Source: Nitrospirota bacterium (GTDB lineage Bacteria; Nitrospirota; UBA9217). From it: a stretch of 64,000 nucleotides of DNA. Location of the stretch: contig CAVUHW010000020.1 of NCBI GenBank assembly GCA_963741205.1, forward strand, positions 128,001 through 192,000, written 5' to 3'. Under the pieces are notes generated by a model. It worked only from the letters and a program-made list of their open reading frames with translations. It was not told the DNA's origin and did no database searches. Below, piece by piece: positions 34,397-45,808 of the stretch. Numbering within the stretch: the first letter of the stretch is position 1; each line of letters starts with the position of its first letter. A program made the position numbers and the translations under genes.

Positions 34397-35107
34397 ATGA
34401 AAAAGATCAGCATGATAACGGGGGCGATGGTTTTTTGCCTTCTGATTGTTTCGGGCTGCAGTAATGGTGGTAGCACCAGTACGCCATCTCCCGACACTCT
34501 CTCTCCTACGGTGGCTACAGATGCCAAAGCTGTGGCTTTAAGCCCGGATAGTCTTCAGTTAACTTGGGGAGCGGCAAGCGACAACATCGGAGTCACCAAA
34601 TATGAAATCTATGTCGGAGGCGTCTTATTGACATCCGTTGAAACAACGACATTTTTGTATAAAGGTTTGACGCCGGGAACTGAGTATTGCTGCACGGTGA
34701 TCGCGGTTGACGCGGCAGGCAATGAGTCCGCGGCAAGCGATCCACCGGCCTGCGCCACCACGCCCGCGGTAAATGATATCACATTGCCAACCGTGACTTC
34801 TACCACCCCCACAGATAATGCGGGAAATGTGGCAGTGGATGCGGTCATAACCGTGGTATTCTCGGAACCTATGTCGGAACCTACAGTCACAGCCCTCTCT
34901 AATTTTTCCTGTATTGCCAGCGGAGGCGGGGCCATTTCAGATTCAGTATCCTACGACTTCAACACCAATACGGCGACGTTCACGCCTTCTCTAGCCCTGG
35001 TATCTTCCACAATTTACACGTGCAGGGTTTCTAAAAATGTAACAGATACCTCGGGGCACGGGATGTCGGTAGATTATGTTTGGAGTTTCAGGACTGTGGG
35101 GCCGTAA
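34397..35107 (+). CDS. Lipoprotein with fibronectin-III and Ig-like (Big_5) domains
   Basis: Lipobox VSGC; LTWGAASDNIGVTKYEIY...LTPGTEY..AVDAAGNES; VVFSEPM..ATFTP..YVWSF. Confidence 0.8.
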   Translation: MKKISMITGAMVFCLLIVSGCSNGGSTSTPSPDTLSPTVATDAKAVALSPDSLQLTWGAASDNIGVTKYEIYVGGVLLTSVETTTFLYKGLTPGTEYCCTVIAVDAAGNESAASDPPACATTPAVNDITLPTVTSTTPTDNAGNVAVDAVITVVFSEPMSEPTVTALSNFSCIASGGGAISDSVSYDFNTNTATFTPSLALVSSTIYTCRVSKNVTDTSGHGMSVDYVWSFRTVGP

Positions 35108-35132
35108 CCGGATTATTTTCATTGTCCTTAAC

Positions 35133-35165
35133 AGCCACCGGGTAAATCCTGGTGGCTTTTTTTTT
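35133..35165 (+). terminator. Rho-independent terminator
   Basis: agccaccggg-taaat-cctggtggct followed by a T run. Confidence 0.75.
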
Positions 35166-35197
35166 AGACAAGGGATCTAAAGTTGTCGGTGTACTAA

Positions 35198-35329
35198 CAG
35201 GCCGCTGAAAAAGTCGCTATCCGACAAATAACGCACCCTAAAGGGTGCGGCTACCTTATAGGTTATCAAAGCGTTGCGTTTTGGTAGCCGAAGGCTTTAG
35301 CCTGCGCGAAATAGTTTTTCAACAGCCTG
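35198..35329. mobile_element. MITE with IS5/IS1182-like ends carrying a GTAG-type REP pair
   Basis: TIRs caggccgctgaaaaa / tttttcaacagcctg flanked by a CTAA direct repeat. Inner REPs at 35232-35255 and 35283-35306. Confidence 0.7.
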
Positions 35330-35513
35330 CTAAACAAAAATCCCGTTCTTCTGCAGAACAAGATTTCAAAATCTGCATCCGCACTAAGCGTTGGGCGGTT
35401 TCCCAAGCGTCAAAAAACTATTATGCTAGCCCCGCCATCGTGTATAATACTCGCATGTTCCTGCTTCTGACCCCGCGCGCCCGTCACATGCAGCGAACAA
35501 ACAGGAGGTCCGC

Positions 35514-36413
35514 GTGGAGCGGCACGAGAGGTTCGGAAACGCTGAAAGGGTCATTCAGATAGGCTTCTGGGTCAACGCGGTTCTTATGACGATGAAGCTT
35601 CTCGCAGGCTACTTCGGCAAGTCGGAAGCGGTTTTTGCCGACGGCTTGGAGAGCGCCGCGGATTTCATCGCTCTAGGGTCGAGCATGATCGCTCTGCGCA
35701 TCGGCAGCAGGCCCTTCGACGAGGCGCATCCCTACGGTCATGGTCGGGCCGAGAGCATCGCCGCGGTCGTTGTGTCGCTTGTTATTTTCGCCACAGGCGG
35801 CTGGATCCTCGTCCGGTCCGTTCACGTTATCATCGACGGGGCTTACAATATTCCGGCAGCGATGGCAGTCGCTGCGGCATTCCTGACGATCATCATTAAA
35901 GAGGCCCTGTACCGCTATTCTTTCACGATTGGGAACAGACTGGGAAGTCCCGCCATTCTTGCCGTGGCTAAGGACCACCGGAAGGACGCTATCACGTCGG
36001 TCAGCACTCTCGTGGGCGTCACTGGCGCCTTTTTCGGCTTCGCCGTACTCGACCCTATTGCGGCTGGTATCACCTCGATATTTATATTCCACATCGGGTA
36101 TGAAACATTTATGGGAGCGGCCCACGACCTGATGGACGGCAAGCCCGCCGACGATTGCGTGGAGGGAATAGGGGAACTCGCCCAAAAGGTAGCCGGTGTC
36201 GAACATGTTCATGAAATTCGCTGCCGTCGTTCGGGCCAATTTTTGATCGTTGACTTAAAGCTCGACATGGACCCGGAGATGACTGTACGGAAATCCCATG
36301 CAATCGCCACCACCGTAAAGGAACGTATTTTTGAAAGCTATCCGAATGTCGGAGATGTTATGATCCACGTCAATCCCCACGAAGACGACCATCAGGATCT
36401 CATCCGCCTGTAA
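35514..36413 (+). CDS. Cation diffusion facilitator family transporter
   Basis: HPYGHGRAE, DHRKD, LDP and DVMIHVNP; AGGAGG SD. Confidence 0.92.
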   Translation: MERHERFGNAERVIQIGFWVNAVLMTMKLLAGYFGKSEAVFADGLESAADFIALGSSMIALRIGSRPFDEAHPYGHGRAESIAAVVVSLVIFATGGWILVRSVHVIIDGAYNIPAAMAVAAAFLTIIIKEALYRYSFTIGNRLGSPAILAVAKDHRKDAITSVSTLVGVTGAFFGFAVLDPIAAGITSIFIFHIGYETFMGAAHDLMDGKPADDCVEGIGELAQKVAGVEHVHEIRCRRSGQFLIVDLKLDMDPEMTVRKSHAIATTVKERIFESYPNVGDVMIHVNPHEDDHQDLIRL

Positions 36414-36485
36414 AGCCCGTGGCAACATGTCTTTGGCCCACTGCTCCCTGATAACAGCCCCACCCGGATCGCTCACTCTGGCCCT

Positions 36486-36897
36486 ATGAAGCTTTTCGAG
36501 AATATCATCATCGCAGACTTCAGGTCCCGGCCCAACCACTTTGTCGTAGAGTGCAGGGTCGATGGCCGGAACGTCCGCGCCTACCTTCCGACTCCCGGCA
36601 GTCTCTGGGAACTCCTCTTTCCCGGAGCCCGTCTCTTTCTTACGGTAATTCCTCCTTCTCCTTAAAGGAGCCTGAAGTATATGACAGTCGCCGCGGAGCG
36701 GAACGGGAGGCCAATCATGCTCCATACCCATTACAATCATACCGTTGCCCGCCGTCTCATGGAGCAGAACCGGATACCGGGTCTTGAAGGAGCGGTGATT
36801 ATAAAAGCAGAGCACACTGTCGGACACAGCAGGTTCGACTTCCTGCTCAGGAAAGACAACCGCGATATCCTCCTCGAAGTCAAGTCCTGTACGCTTA
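36486..36897 (+). pseudogene. sfsA: SfsA N-terminal part, interrupted by tnpB element
   Basis: FRSRPNHF, AYLPTPGSLWELL, SRFDFLL and LLEVKSCTL, then an abrupt break. Confidence 0.85.
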
Positions 36898-38253
36898 TGA
36901 ACTACCCGCCACTGAGCCAATTACATGGTTGCAGTGGGGGTTTCACGGATCATAGAAGCATGCAGTCCCTGAGTAGTTCCCAAGGCCTGTCTTATCTGCT
37001 TCTCCCCGCGCGTGACTTCGGCCGGTTCCCGGCCTAGTGTTTCCTTCTTCCTTAGCCGCATGGCGCGTTTCCTATGCTTTACGGTGATTTCGCCAGATAC
37101 GAGCATTTCTATGCCGCGCTTCTTGATAACGAGAGACGCATTGGTATCGGCGTTTTCCGTAAAGCCACAGCTCTGGCAATCGAACACCGCCTGTGACTGG
37201 CGATTGTCCGGGTGAGTGTGCGAACACTTCGAACACTCCTGTGAGGTGCCGTGCGGCGGTATGGCGATAACGAGCTTGTTGCGTCGTGAGGCTTTGTACG
37301 TCGTAAAGAGTTTTACCTTGCCCCACGCTGATTCGAGTATGGACTTGTTGAGACCGGCCTTGGCCTTTGCCCCGTTCGGAATATACGTCCCGCCGGCCGA
37401 CTTCTTAGGTTTTGGCGCTCTGGTCATGTTCTTGACCTTGAGGTCCTCGAAGACGAACACCTCCGCGGGTGAATCCACGAGCTTGCGGCTGGCCTTATGC
37501 GCGAAATCATGCCTCACATTGGCAGCATACGCCTGGCACCGGGCTGATTTCGCTGCTGATTGCTTAAAGCGGCCGGATCCTTTGATCCGCCTCGCCAATT
37601 GCCTCTGATATCTCTTCTTCCGGGCATCCTTTTTTGCCAGACGCTCTTTTTGGATGCCGGAGAAGTCATGCACCGAGCCGTCGCTTGTTGCCAGCGGGAT
37701 TACAACCCCTCGGTCCATTCCCAGGGTAACGGTATTAAGACTCTCTGAAGACATGCCGCCGTAAAGCTCGAGAAGTTCCTGCTCGCTCAAAACTGTGCCT
37801 TGCTTCTCATAGGAGAAGGAGACATACCATTTCCCGGACTCCCGGGAAATGGTGATGGCCGCCGGAATCTCGTACTCGTCGTGAGCCTTGAACTTAAGTT
37901 CGCCCAGATCGACCGACTTTGTGCCAAGCATCAGCCGGTGCTCATATATTGTTTTGTCCTGCCGCTGTTTTGAGCCTCCAGTAGGAACGAACCTGAATAG
38001 CTCGCTGGTAATCCAGACGGACTGCCGCCCCGCCTTCTTTTTATAAGCAGGGCGACCAGCCAGTCCTGTCAGGTACCTCTTGTAGGAGCCCATGAACCTG
38101 GTTGCGCCGTTTCTTAGCACCTGTGACGGCACATCGTAGAGCTTGCTATATTGTAGAAAGTAGCTAAGCCCAATAAAAAAGGCTATACTCACTTTCTTGA
38201 TTTGGAACCAGCTGGGGAGTTGGTAAATCCAAACCATAGAAAGGAGCATAGCC

Positions 38254-39526
38254 GTGAAAAGGATTAAACCAAAAAAGACCAGAGCGGTCAATCAAAATGT
38301 TCTTATCGCCACCGTTGACGGAGGCAAGGACACTCATTACGGATATTACCGCTGTCCTGATGGCACCGACTGCAAAGCGTTCGACTTTTGGAACAATGGA
38401 CGCGGCTTTCAAGAGTTTTGGGAGCGTATCTCGTCGGCAGCCAAGAACCCATGGTCTTGAAGAAATAATCGTTGGCTTTGAATCCACCGGGCCATACATG
38501 GAACCCTTGACGCAGTTTCTGAGAAGCAAGAAGGGCGTCCGGCTGGTGCAGGTCAACCCGATGCACACGAAGCGGCTGAAGGAGCTTTCGGGCAATTCGC
38601 CGCTCAAGACCGACCGGAAGGACCCGAAGGTCATTGCAGACATCATCGAACTTGGCCATGCTCTGACCGTGGTGATCCCCGAGGGAGCCGGCGGCAGAGC
38701 TTCGAAGGCTCACTCAGGGCAAGAGAACGAACGATTGAAAGCCGTACGAGGTTGTTTAATCAGCTGCAGAGTCTCCTGGTGATCAGCTTTCCCGAGTTTT
38801 TGCAGGTGATGAAGGATGTGAAGACCGCGAGCGCCCAGCACCTTTTGCGGCATTATCCGACGCCGCAGGACATTGTGGCTCTCGGAGAATCCGCCCTGGC
38901 TGCTTTACTCCGAAAAGTCAGCCGGGGGAAGCTTAGAGAAGACCGTGCCAGAGCGCTTTTTGAGGCCGCAAGCGAATCGGTCGGCCTTAAGGATGGTCGC
39001 AGAGCAGCATGCTCCTTGAGATCGAACTGATGCTTGATACCATAGCCACCTATGAGCGTTTTATCGAAGGTTTTGAGACTGAGATGTTGCGGCATCTGGA
39101 ACAGATTCCGTACAGCCGACGTGATTCTTTCGCTTAAAGGGATCGGCACGGTCACTGCAGCGGGGCTGATCGGCGAAGTAGGAGATTTCAGCAAGTTCGC
39201 CACCATCTCCGAGGTGATGAAACTTGCCGGGCTTGATCTGTATGAAGTCAGCTCGGGGAAACACCGGGGCAAACTTCGTATCTCCAAGCGAGGCAGGCCG
39301 CTTATGCGAAAGCTTCTGTACTTCGCGGCTCTTGAGCACTGTCCGGAAGGGCGGCGTGATGCATGAGTGGTATCAGCGCGCCCTGGGCCGGGGCATGATT
39401 AAGACCAAGGCCTTGGTGGCGGTCAGCCGGAAGCTTTTGGGAATTATTTTTGCTTTGGTACGTGATCATAGTGTTTACGTAGAGAACTATGCGAAACAAA
39501 AACCGATTTTACAGGAGGCTGCTTAA
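38254..39526 (+). CDS. IS110 DEDD recombinase/transposase (several frameshifts)
   Basis: VDGGK, FESTG, VNP, KTDRKD, GIG, SSG and ISKRG motifs. Confidence 0.9.
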
Positions 39527-39543
39527 ACTAAGACGATCGTTGC

Positions 39544-39694
39544 GTGTAAGCGGGGAGATTATCGTTCGCTTCATCTAAGGCGGCTATGCCGACCTTCTCA
39601 TAAAGCCTACATAACTCCCCGCTTGCACCTTATTTCCAATAAAGCAAGATCAGGGCTCTGTAGAGACCCTTTAAACCAGAGTTGGAAAAGGTGC
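39544..39694 (+). ncRNA. Putative bridge/seek RNA (two stem-loops with internal loops)
   Basis: Stems gtgtaagcggggag/ctccccgcttgcac and gcacctt-a-tttccaa/ttggaaa-aggtgc. Loop 2 carries AGCAAG and AAACCAG, matching the donor junction. Confidence 0.7.
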
Positions 39695-40272
39695 CGCACT
39701 CAAAGATCAATATCTCTTAAAAAGCAATGCCTCTAAAAAAAGTACTTGACAAAAACAAACCAGAAACGGAGTGAGATCCTTGTCCTTAAACTGGGCGTAT
39801 TGCTGATCAATCGGCGGCTGTAGTCCGGTCAGCGACAGTGAATGATTCCGGAAAGTACGGAAATAACGCTCTTCGGCAACCTTGGCGTTGTAGATAAACC
39901 GCTGGCAGCCCATCCACTGCGCGAGAATATCGGACTGCTCCGTTGTCGGGTAGCAACGGAATTTTATGCCGCTTGAAATCGCCACATCTCTAATATAGGT
40001 GATGAATCCTGATAGTGCAACTGAATAATACGCTGTAGCCATCGGTACTATATTATAAGATTGCATATCGTTTCGTAGCACAGACAACGCACCAATCCAC
40101 ATCCAAAACAGTCCGCTTGACCCCCTCCTGACGCTTCGCCCCTAGCAGGGGGAATGCGCGGACTTTGTTCAGGATGGGCAGGCTTGAGGAGAAACTGGCG
40201 GAAGGCCTCGGCTGATTCGCACAACGTTAAAATGTTATTCGGCGCGCCCCGCCCATCGTGTATAATACCCGC

Positions 40273-41962
40273 ATGTTCCTGCTTCTGACCCCGCGTTATC
40301 ACGCCGTAAAAAACCGTCTCACCCGCCTGGCCCCCGGCGACGGGCTCAAGACAATCGTCCTTACGCTCCTCGGCCTTGCGTTCTGGGCCTTCATGTTCGG
40401 CGTGTCGTACCGCGTGCTCTCTTACTTCAGGACCATCGAGGGCTTGGGCGACCTCCTGGCGCTCCGTCTCCTTTCGATGATCCTCTTGACCTTCTTCTCC
40501 ATCCTCGTGTTCAGCAATATTGTCACGGCTCCTTTCGACGTTTTATCTTTCGGGTGAACTGGAGATCCTGCTCTCCGCGCCGGTCAGGACCGAAAGCATC
40601 TACCGGGCCAAGTATATCGAAACCATCATGGATTCATCATGGATGACGCTCATCTATGGTCTGCCGGTCTTCATCGCCTACGGGGCGGCATTCAAGGCGC
40701 CTTTCCTGTATTATCTCGGCCTCATTCTCACCATCGTCCCCTTTCTGTTCATCCCTGCGGCCCTTGGGACCGTCGTGACCATGCTGCTCGTCAATGCCTT
40801 CCCGGCCCGGCGGGCAAAGGACATCATCGTGCTTCTGGGACTTTTGTTCTTCGTGGTCTTGTATATTTTATTTCGCGTGCTGCAGCCGGAAAAACTCGTT
40901 GACCCCGACGCATTTCCCTCGCTCGTGCAGTATCTCACGGCCATGCGTACGCCGGTTTCTCCGCTTCTGCCGAGTTCGTGGGCGTCCGAGGTGCTCGCCC
41001 CCCTTCTGCGAAGGACAAACGGAGACGCGATATTTTATCTTCTGATGCTCTGGAGCACGGGCCTCGCCGGCATTGTCATCGGCGAATGGGCCTGCCTCAG
41101 GATTTACTATGCCGGCTGGTCCAGGTCTCAGGAAGGCAAAAAGGCCCGGATCTCACGCTCGCGGATGGCCGACCTGTTCTTCACAGCCGTGTCCCTGCCC
41201 TTTCGCGGGAAGATGCGTGCCATTGTGTTGAAGGACGTGAAGCTGTTCTTCCGGGACACATCCCAGTGGTCGCAGCTTTTTCTCATCTTCGCCCTGACGG
41301 TGGTCTATATATACAGTTTCAAACTCCTGCCCCTGGAACGCGCCCAGATGCCGAGCTTCTATCTGCAAAACCTCATTTCCTTCCTGAATCTCGGCATGGT
41401 GGGTTTCGTAATCTCCGCCGTATCGGTCCGTTTCGTCTTCCCCGCAGTGAGCCTCGAAGGCGCCTCGTTCTGGATCATCCGTTCCGCGCCGCTTTCCCTC
41501 AAGGATTTTCTCTGGGCAAAGTTCTGGAGCAGTCTTCTGCCGCTCCTCGTGCTCGCGGAAGTCCTGATTGTCTTGTCGAACTCCCTGCTGCAAGTAACTC
41601 CCTTTATGATGGCCCTTGGCGTCGTCACCGTCTTCATGATGACCTTCGGCATTACGTCGCTCGGCATAGGTCTCGGCGCCGTATTCCCCAGGTTCAAGCA
41701 TGACAATGTCGCCCAGATCCCGACAGGTTTCGGAGGCATCGTGTACATGCTGGTGACCATGATATTCATCGGCGTCGTCATCATCTTTGAAGCCTGGCCT
41801 GTGTATAGGATATTCATGGCCCAGACCACGGGCAGACCCATATCCGTCATGGGCTGGGTGGCGATCCTTGGTTCATTCATGATCGTCATCACCGTCAATA
41901 TTATGGCGCTTATTTTACCCATGAAGATCGGGTTTAAACGGCTTTCGGAGCATGAAGTATAG
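40273..41962 (+). CDS. Putative ABC exporter permease (frameshift ~40530)
   Basis: Multi-TM protein; ELEILLSAPV, KDVKLFFRD and SLEGASFWIIRSAP; probable partner of ATPase 33475. Confidence 0.85.
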
Positions 41963-42196
41963 TTTTAAGCCCACCACAATATATTGTATATACCACGCAA
42001 TACAATACCTTACCTTGTTATTTTTCCCTTTACAAACCACCCTTCTTATGATATAAAAACGGCTAAATAACAGTTATAAAAATATATTCCAAAGACACGA
42101 TTCCAAGTGCTTTAGAAATTGGTTATTGAGTTTAGAACATTATTTCGGATTTGGAATTTACCTTACTCTTTACTTGTTTTTCTAAAAAGGAGGCCT

Positions 42197-45100
42197 ATGC
42201 AGCTCAAAACCCTCGAAATGATCGGCTTCAAATCCTTCTGTGACAAGACAATGATCACGTTTCAACCGGGCGTCACGGCAGTGGTGGGTCCGAACGGCTG
42301 CGGTAAGAGCAACATCTCCGACGCCATCCGCTGGGTCCTCGGAGAGCAGAGCGCCAAGCACCTCCGCGGCGACAAGATGGAAGACGTCATCTTCAACGGA
42401 AGCGAGAGCCGCAAACCCCTGGGCATGGCGGACGTGACGCTCCGGCTCACCAACGTCGGCGGCGGCATATCCTCCGAATTCGGACAGTACGAGGAAATAG
42501 AGATCACCCGCCGGCTCTTTCGCTCCGGCGAGAGCGAATACCTCATCAACAAGATACCCTGCCGCCTCAAGGACATCCGCGACCTCATGACGGATGCCGG
42601 CGTCGGCGCCAAGATCCACGCCATCATCGAACAGGACAAGGTCGACCAGATCCTTTCCTCCAAGCCGCAGGATCGCCGCTTCCTGTTCGAGGAAGTCGCC
42701 GGCGTCATGAAATACAAGGCCCGCCGCCAGGAGGCGCTCTCCAAACTCGAATCAACCCAGCAGAACCAGCTCCGCATCAACGATATCATCACCGAAGTTA
42801 AACGACAGGTCAATTCCCTGGACCGTCAGGCAAAGAAGGCAGAGCGTTACCAGAAGCTGCGTAGCGAGATGAAAGACCTCGATTTCCGGCTCGCCTCGGC
42901 GGAGTACTCGAACCTGGGGATCGAGTGGACTGCGGCGTCGGAGGAATTCAAAAAGGCCGAAGACGAAATAACGGAACTGCACGCCGCCCTCGGCACCATC
43001 GAGTCGTCCATCGAGGAAGCGCGCGCCGACGCCCTTGCCGCGGAGCATGAGCTCTCGGCGCTCCAGCGCCACATTCATGAGACCGAGACCGCGCTCAGCC
43101 GGGCCGAACACAAGGTCGAGATGTCCAAAAGCCAGATCGCCGCGTTAAGCGAGCAGCGCGGCCGCGACCTCTCCGACATCGAATACCTGAAAACGGAGAT
43201 CGCCCGTTCCACGCAGCAGCGCGAGCTGCACGAACGGGAAGCAGGCGCTCTCGGTGAAGAGATCGCGGCGCAGAATGCCCTCCTCGGAGAAAAGACCGCC
43301 GTGCTGGATGCAATGGCCGGAGAGCTCAGGGAAAAGGAACGCTCCCTGAGAGGACACGAGGAACGGCATCTTCAGCGCCATGAACGAATCCGCGGCTGAA
43401 AAAACAAAGATTGCCAACCTGCAGTCACGGATCGCGCAGATAGACGAGCTGGATGCCCGTGGGGCGCAGGAAGTCCGGGATCTTGCCCTGAAACTGCGGG
43501 AACTTTCGGAGCGGCTCGCGCAGAAAGAACAGGAACGCGGGGAAATAGCCGCCAGGCGCGCGGCCGCCCTGGAAGAGCGCGCCGTCGTCGCGGCGCGGCT
43601 GACGGAGTCCCTCGAGAAAAAGAAGTCGCTGGAAGCGGACCTGGCTTCAACCCGAAACAAGCTCGCGGGCCAGAGCTCCCGTCTCCGCTCCCTGATCGAG
43701 CTGGAGCAGCGCCTCGACGGTTACCAAAAGGGCGTGCGTACGGTCATGTCCGCGCGCAAAGAGGCCGCGGCCGGCGAACGCATCGGGACCATCCACGGGC
43801 TCGTGGCGGACATGATCGAGACCGAACCCCGGTATGAAACGGCGATCGAGGCTGTTCTGGGCGACCGGCTCCAGTACGTCGTCGTAGACTCGCAGACCGA
43901 TTCGCTCAAGGCCATCGACTTCCTCAAGACGCAGAGCGGCGGACGGAGCACCTTCGTCCCGATGACGCCGCGCGAGATGAGGTCCGAGCCCTTCATCAAG
44001 AACGGGCGCGCCGGTGTCATCGGTTCGGCGCTCAGCATCGTGCGCTGCAACGACCAGTACAGCAGCGTGGCCCAGTATCTCCTGGGCGACGTGGTCGTCG
44101 TCGACACCATGGACACCGCGCTCTATCTGTGGAACAAAGACGGGTTCAACAAGACCGTCGTCACGCTCTCCGGCGATATCCTCGACCCCGGGGGCGCCGT
44201 TACCGGGGGCGCCGTAGACGGGGGCGGGTCGGGCATGCTCACCAAGCGCCGCGAGATAAAGGATCTGGAGCATGAAGTGGCGGAATTGACGACACTCGCC
44301 GCGGGACTCGACGCCGAGCTGGCCGACCTGGACGAAGCCATCGAATCGGACCGGCAGATCGAGGCCGGGCTGTCCCAGCAGATTCACCTCGATGAAATCG
44401 AGCTCGTCAACCGCGACAAGGACGGCTCATCGCTGAAGGAGGAGATCGTCCGCTCGACCGACCGGTCGCAGACGGTCGAGGCCGAGGCCTCCGAACGGGC
44501 CTCGAAGCGACAGGAGCTGGATGCGGAGATCGGACGGTCCGCCGAAACACTCCGCGGTCTCGAAGCGGGCCACGCAAACGCCCAGGAAACCATCGATGCG
44601 CTGCAGGCGGAGCTTTCGCGGCGCAGGGAACATCTCGAATCGGCCCGCGCCGAGATCACCGAGATCCGCATGACCCTTGCCGCGCTCCAGGAAAAACAGG
44701 CCGCGGCTATGCGAAACGTCTCGAGCTTCTTGAAAGCCGAAACAGAACTGGTCGAGCGGCTGGTGAAACGCGATGCCGAAATCGAGAGCATTGCCGGGAA
44801 GCTCGCCGAGCTCGAGGCTTCCATCAGAGAAGCGGAGAGCGAGATCAAGGGACGCATCGAGGTCCTCGACGCCGGACGCAAGGTCCTCATCTCGAAACAG
44901 GAGGCGCATGGAGCGAAGGCCGAAATCGTCCAGGCCGCCGAGGAACAGGCCCGGGAAAAGAGGCACGGCCTCGAAACGGCCCAGAAGCGTCTCTCCGCAA
45001 GCGAAGTCCGGCGCACGGAACTCCGCATGAAGATCGAGCACCTGAAGGACCGGATCTGGACCGCCTACCATTCCGAATTGGAATCGGTCGTCCGGGAGCT

Positions 45101-45779
45101 CGGCCGGTTCGAAATCAACATGGAAGAGGCGACGCTCCGGGTCGATGAATTGCGCGAGAAGATCGACCAGATGGGGCCGATCAACGTCGATGCTCTCCAG
45201 GAATACAACGAGCTGAAGGAGCGGTTCGACCTTCTCTCTTCGCAGCAGAACGACATCAACGAGGCCATCGGCAACCTCAAGGCGACCATCTCAAAGCTCG
45301 ACGGAGAGACCGTAGATCTTTTCAGCGAGGCCTTCAGCGCCATACAGGAGAAGTTCAAGGAAGTCTTCTCCCTCCTCTTCGAAGGCGGCAGGGCCGAGCT
45401 CGTGCTCCTCGACCCGTCGAACATCCTCGAGTCCGGGATCGAGATCATAGCGCAGCCCCGGGGCAAGAAGTTCCAGAGCATCACCCTGCTGTCAGGCGGT
45501 GAGCGGGCGCTCACGGCCATCGCGCTCCTGTTCGCGGCCTTCCTGGTGAAGCCCTCCCCCTTCTGCATGCTCGACGAGGTCGACGCCCCCCTGGACGAGG
45601 CGAATGTCACGCGCTTCACGCGCCTCATCCGCGAGATGAGCAGCCGCTCCCAGTTCATCACGATCACGCACAACAAGCGGACCATGGAGATGGCCGACGC
45701 GCTCTATGGCATCACTATGGAAGAACCAGGCTGCTCACGGGTCATTTCGGCCATGCTTCGTGAGCCGGCGATGGCTTAA
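42197..45779 (+). CDS. smc: Chromosome segregation protein SMC (frameshift ~43360)
   Basis: [14 protein letters not shown], hinge, LLSGGE and LDEVDAPLD. Confidence 0.96.
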
Positions 45780-45808
45780 TAACAGTCCGCAGTTCAGAAA
45801 GGCTGAAC

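Larger units (their letters stand above)
38140..39763 (+). mobile_element. IS110-family element with duplicated AG (CT) core
   Basis: AG at 38140-41 and 39762-63; removing one core plus the interior restores the tnpB frame. Confidence 0.9.
36921..39985 (-). pseudogene. tnpB: TnpB split by IS110 (39985-39764 + 38139-36921); reconstitutes a 480-aa ORF
   Basis: KFRCYPT HTH start; the halves join as TPFL-YDVPSQVLRNG; RuvC residues MDRG, FEDL, NADTN; CSKC/CQSC zinc finger. Confidence 0.9.
36898..40167 (-). mobile_element. IS200/IS605-family (IS1341-like, no tnpA) element carrying an IS110 insertion
   Basis: Right end: hairpin ccccactg..cagtggcggg then GTAGTTCA. Left end: hairpin at ~40120-40152. 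Contains tnpB. Confidence 0.75.

Noticed and set aside
35514-36413. Magnetosome MamB/MamM
   Set aside because: Generic CDF with no other mam genes nearby.
36921-38291. TnpB with an N-terminal transmembrane segment
   Set aside because: The hydrophobic leader is the antisense read of the IS110 left end and transposase start; the true N-terminus lies at 39985-39764.
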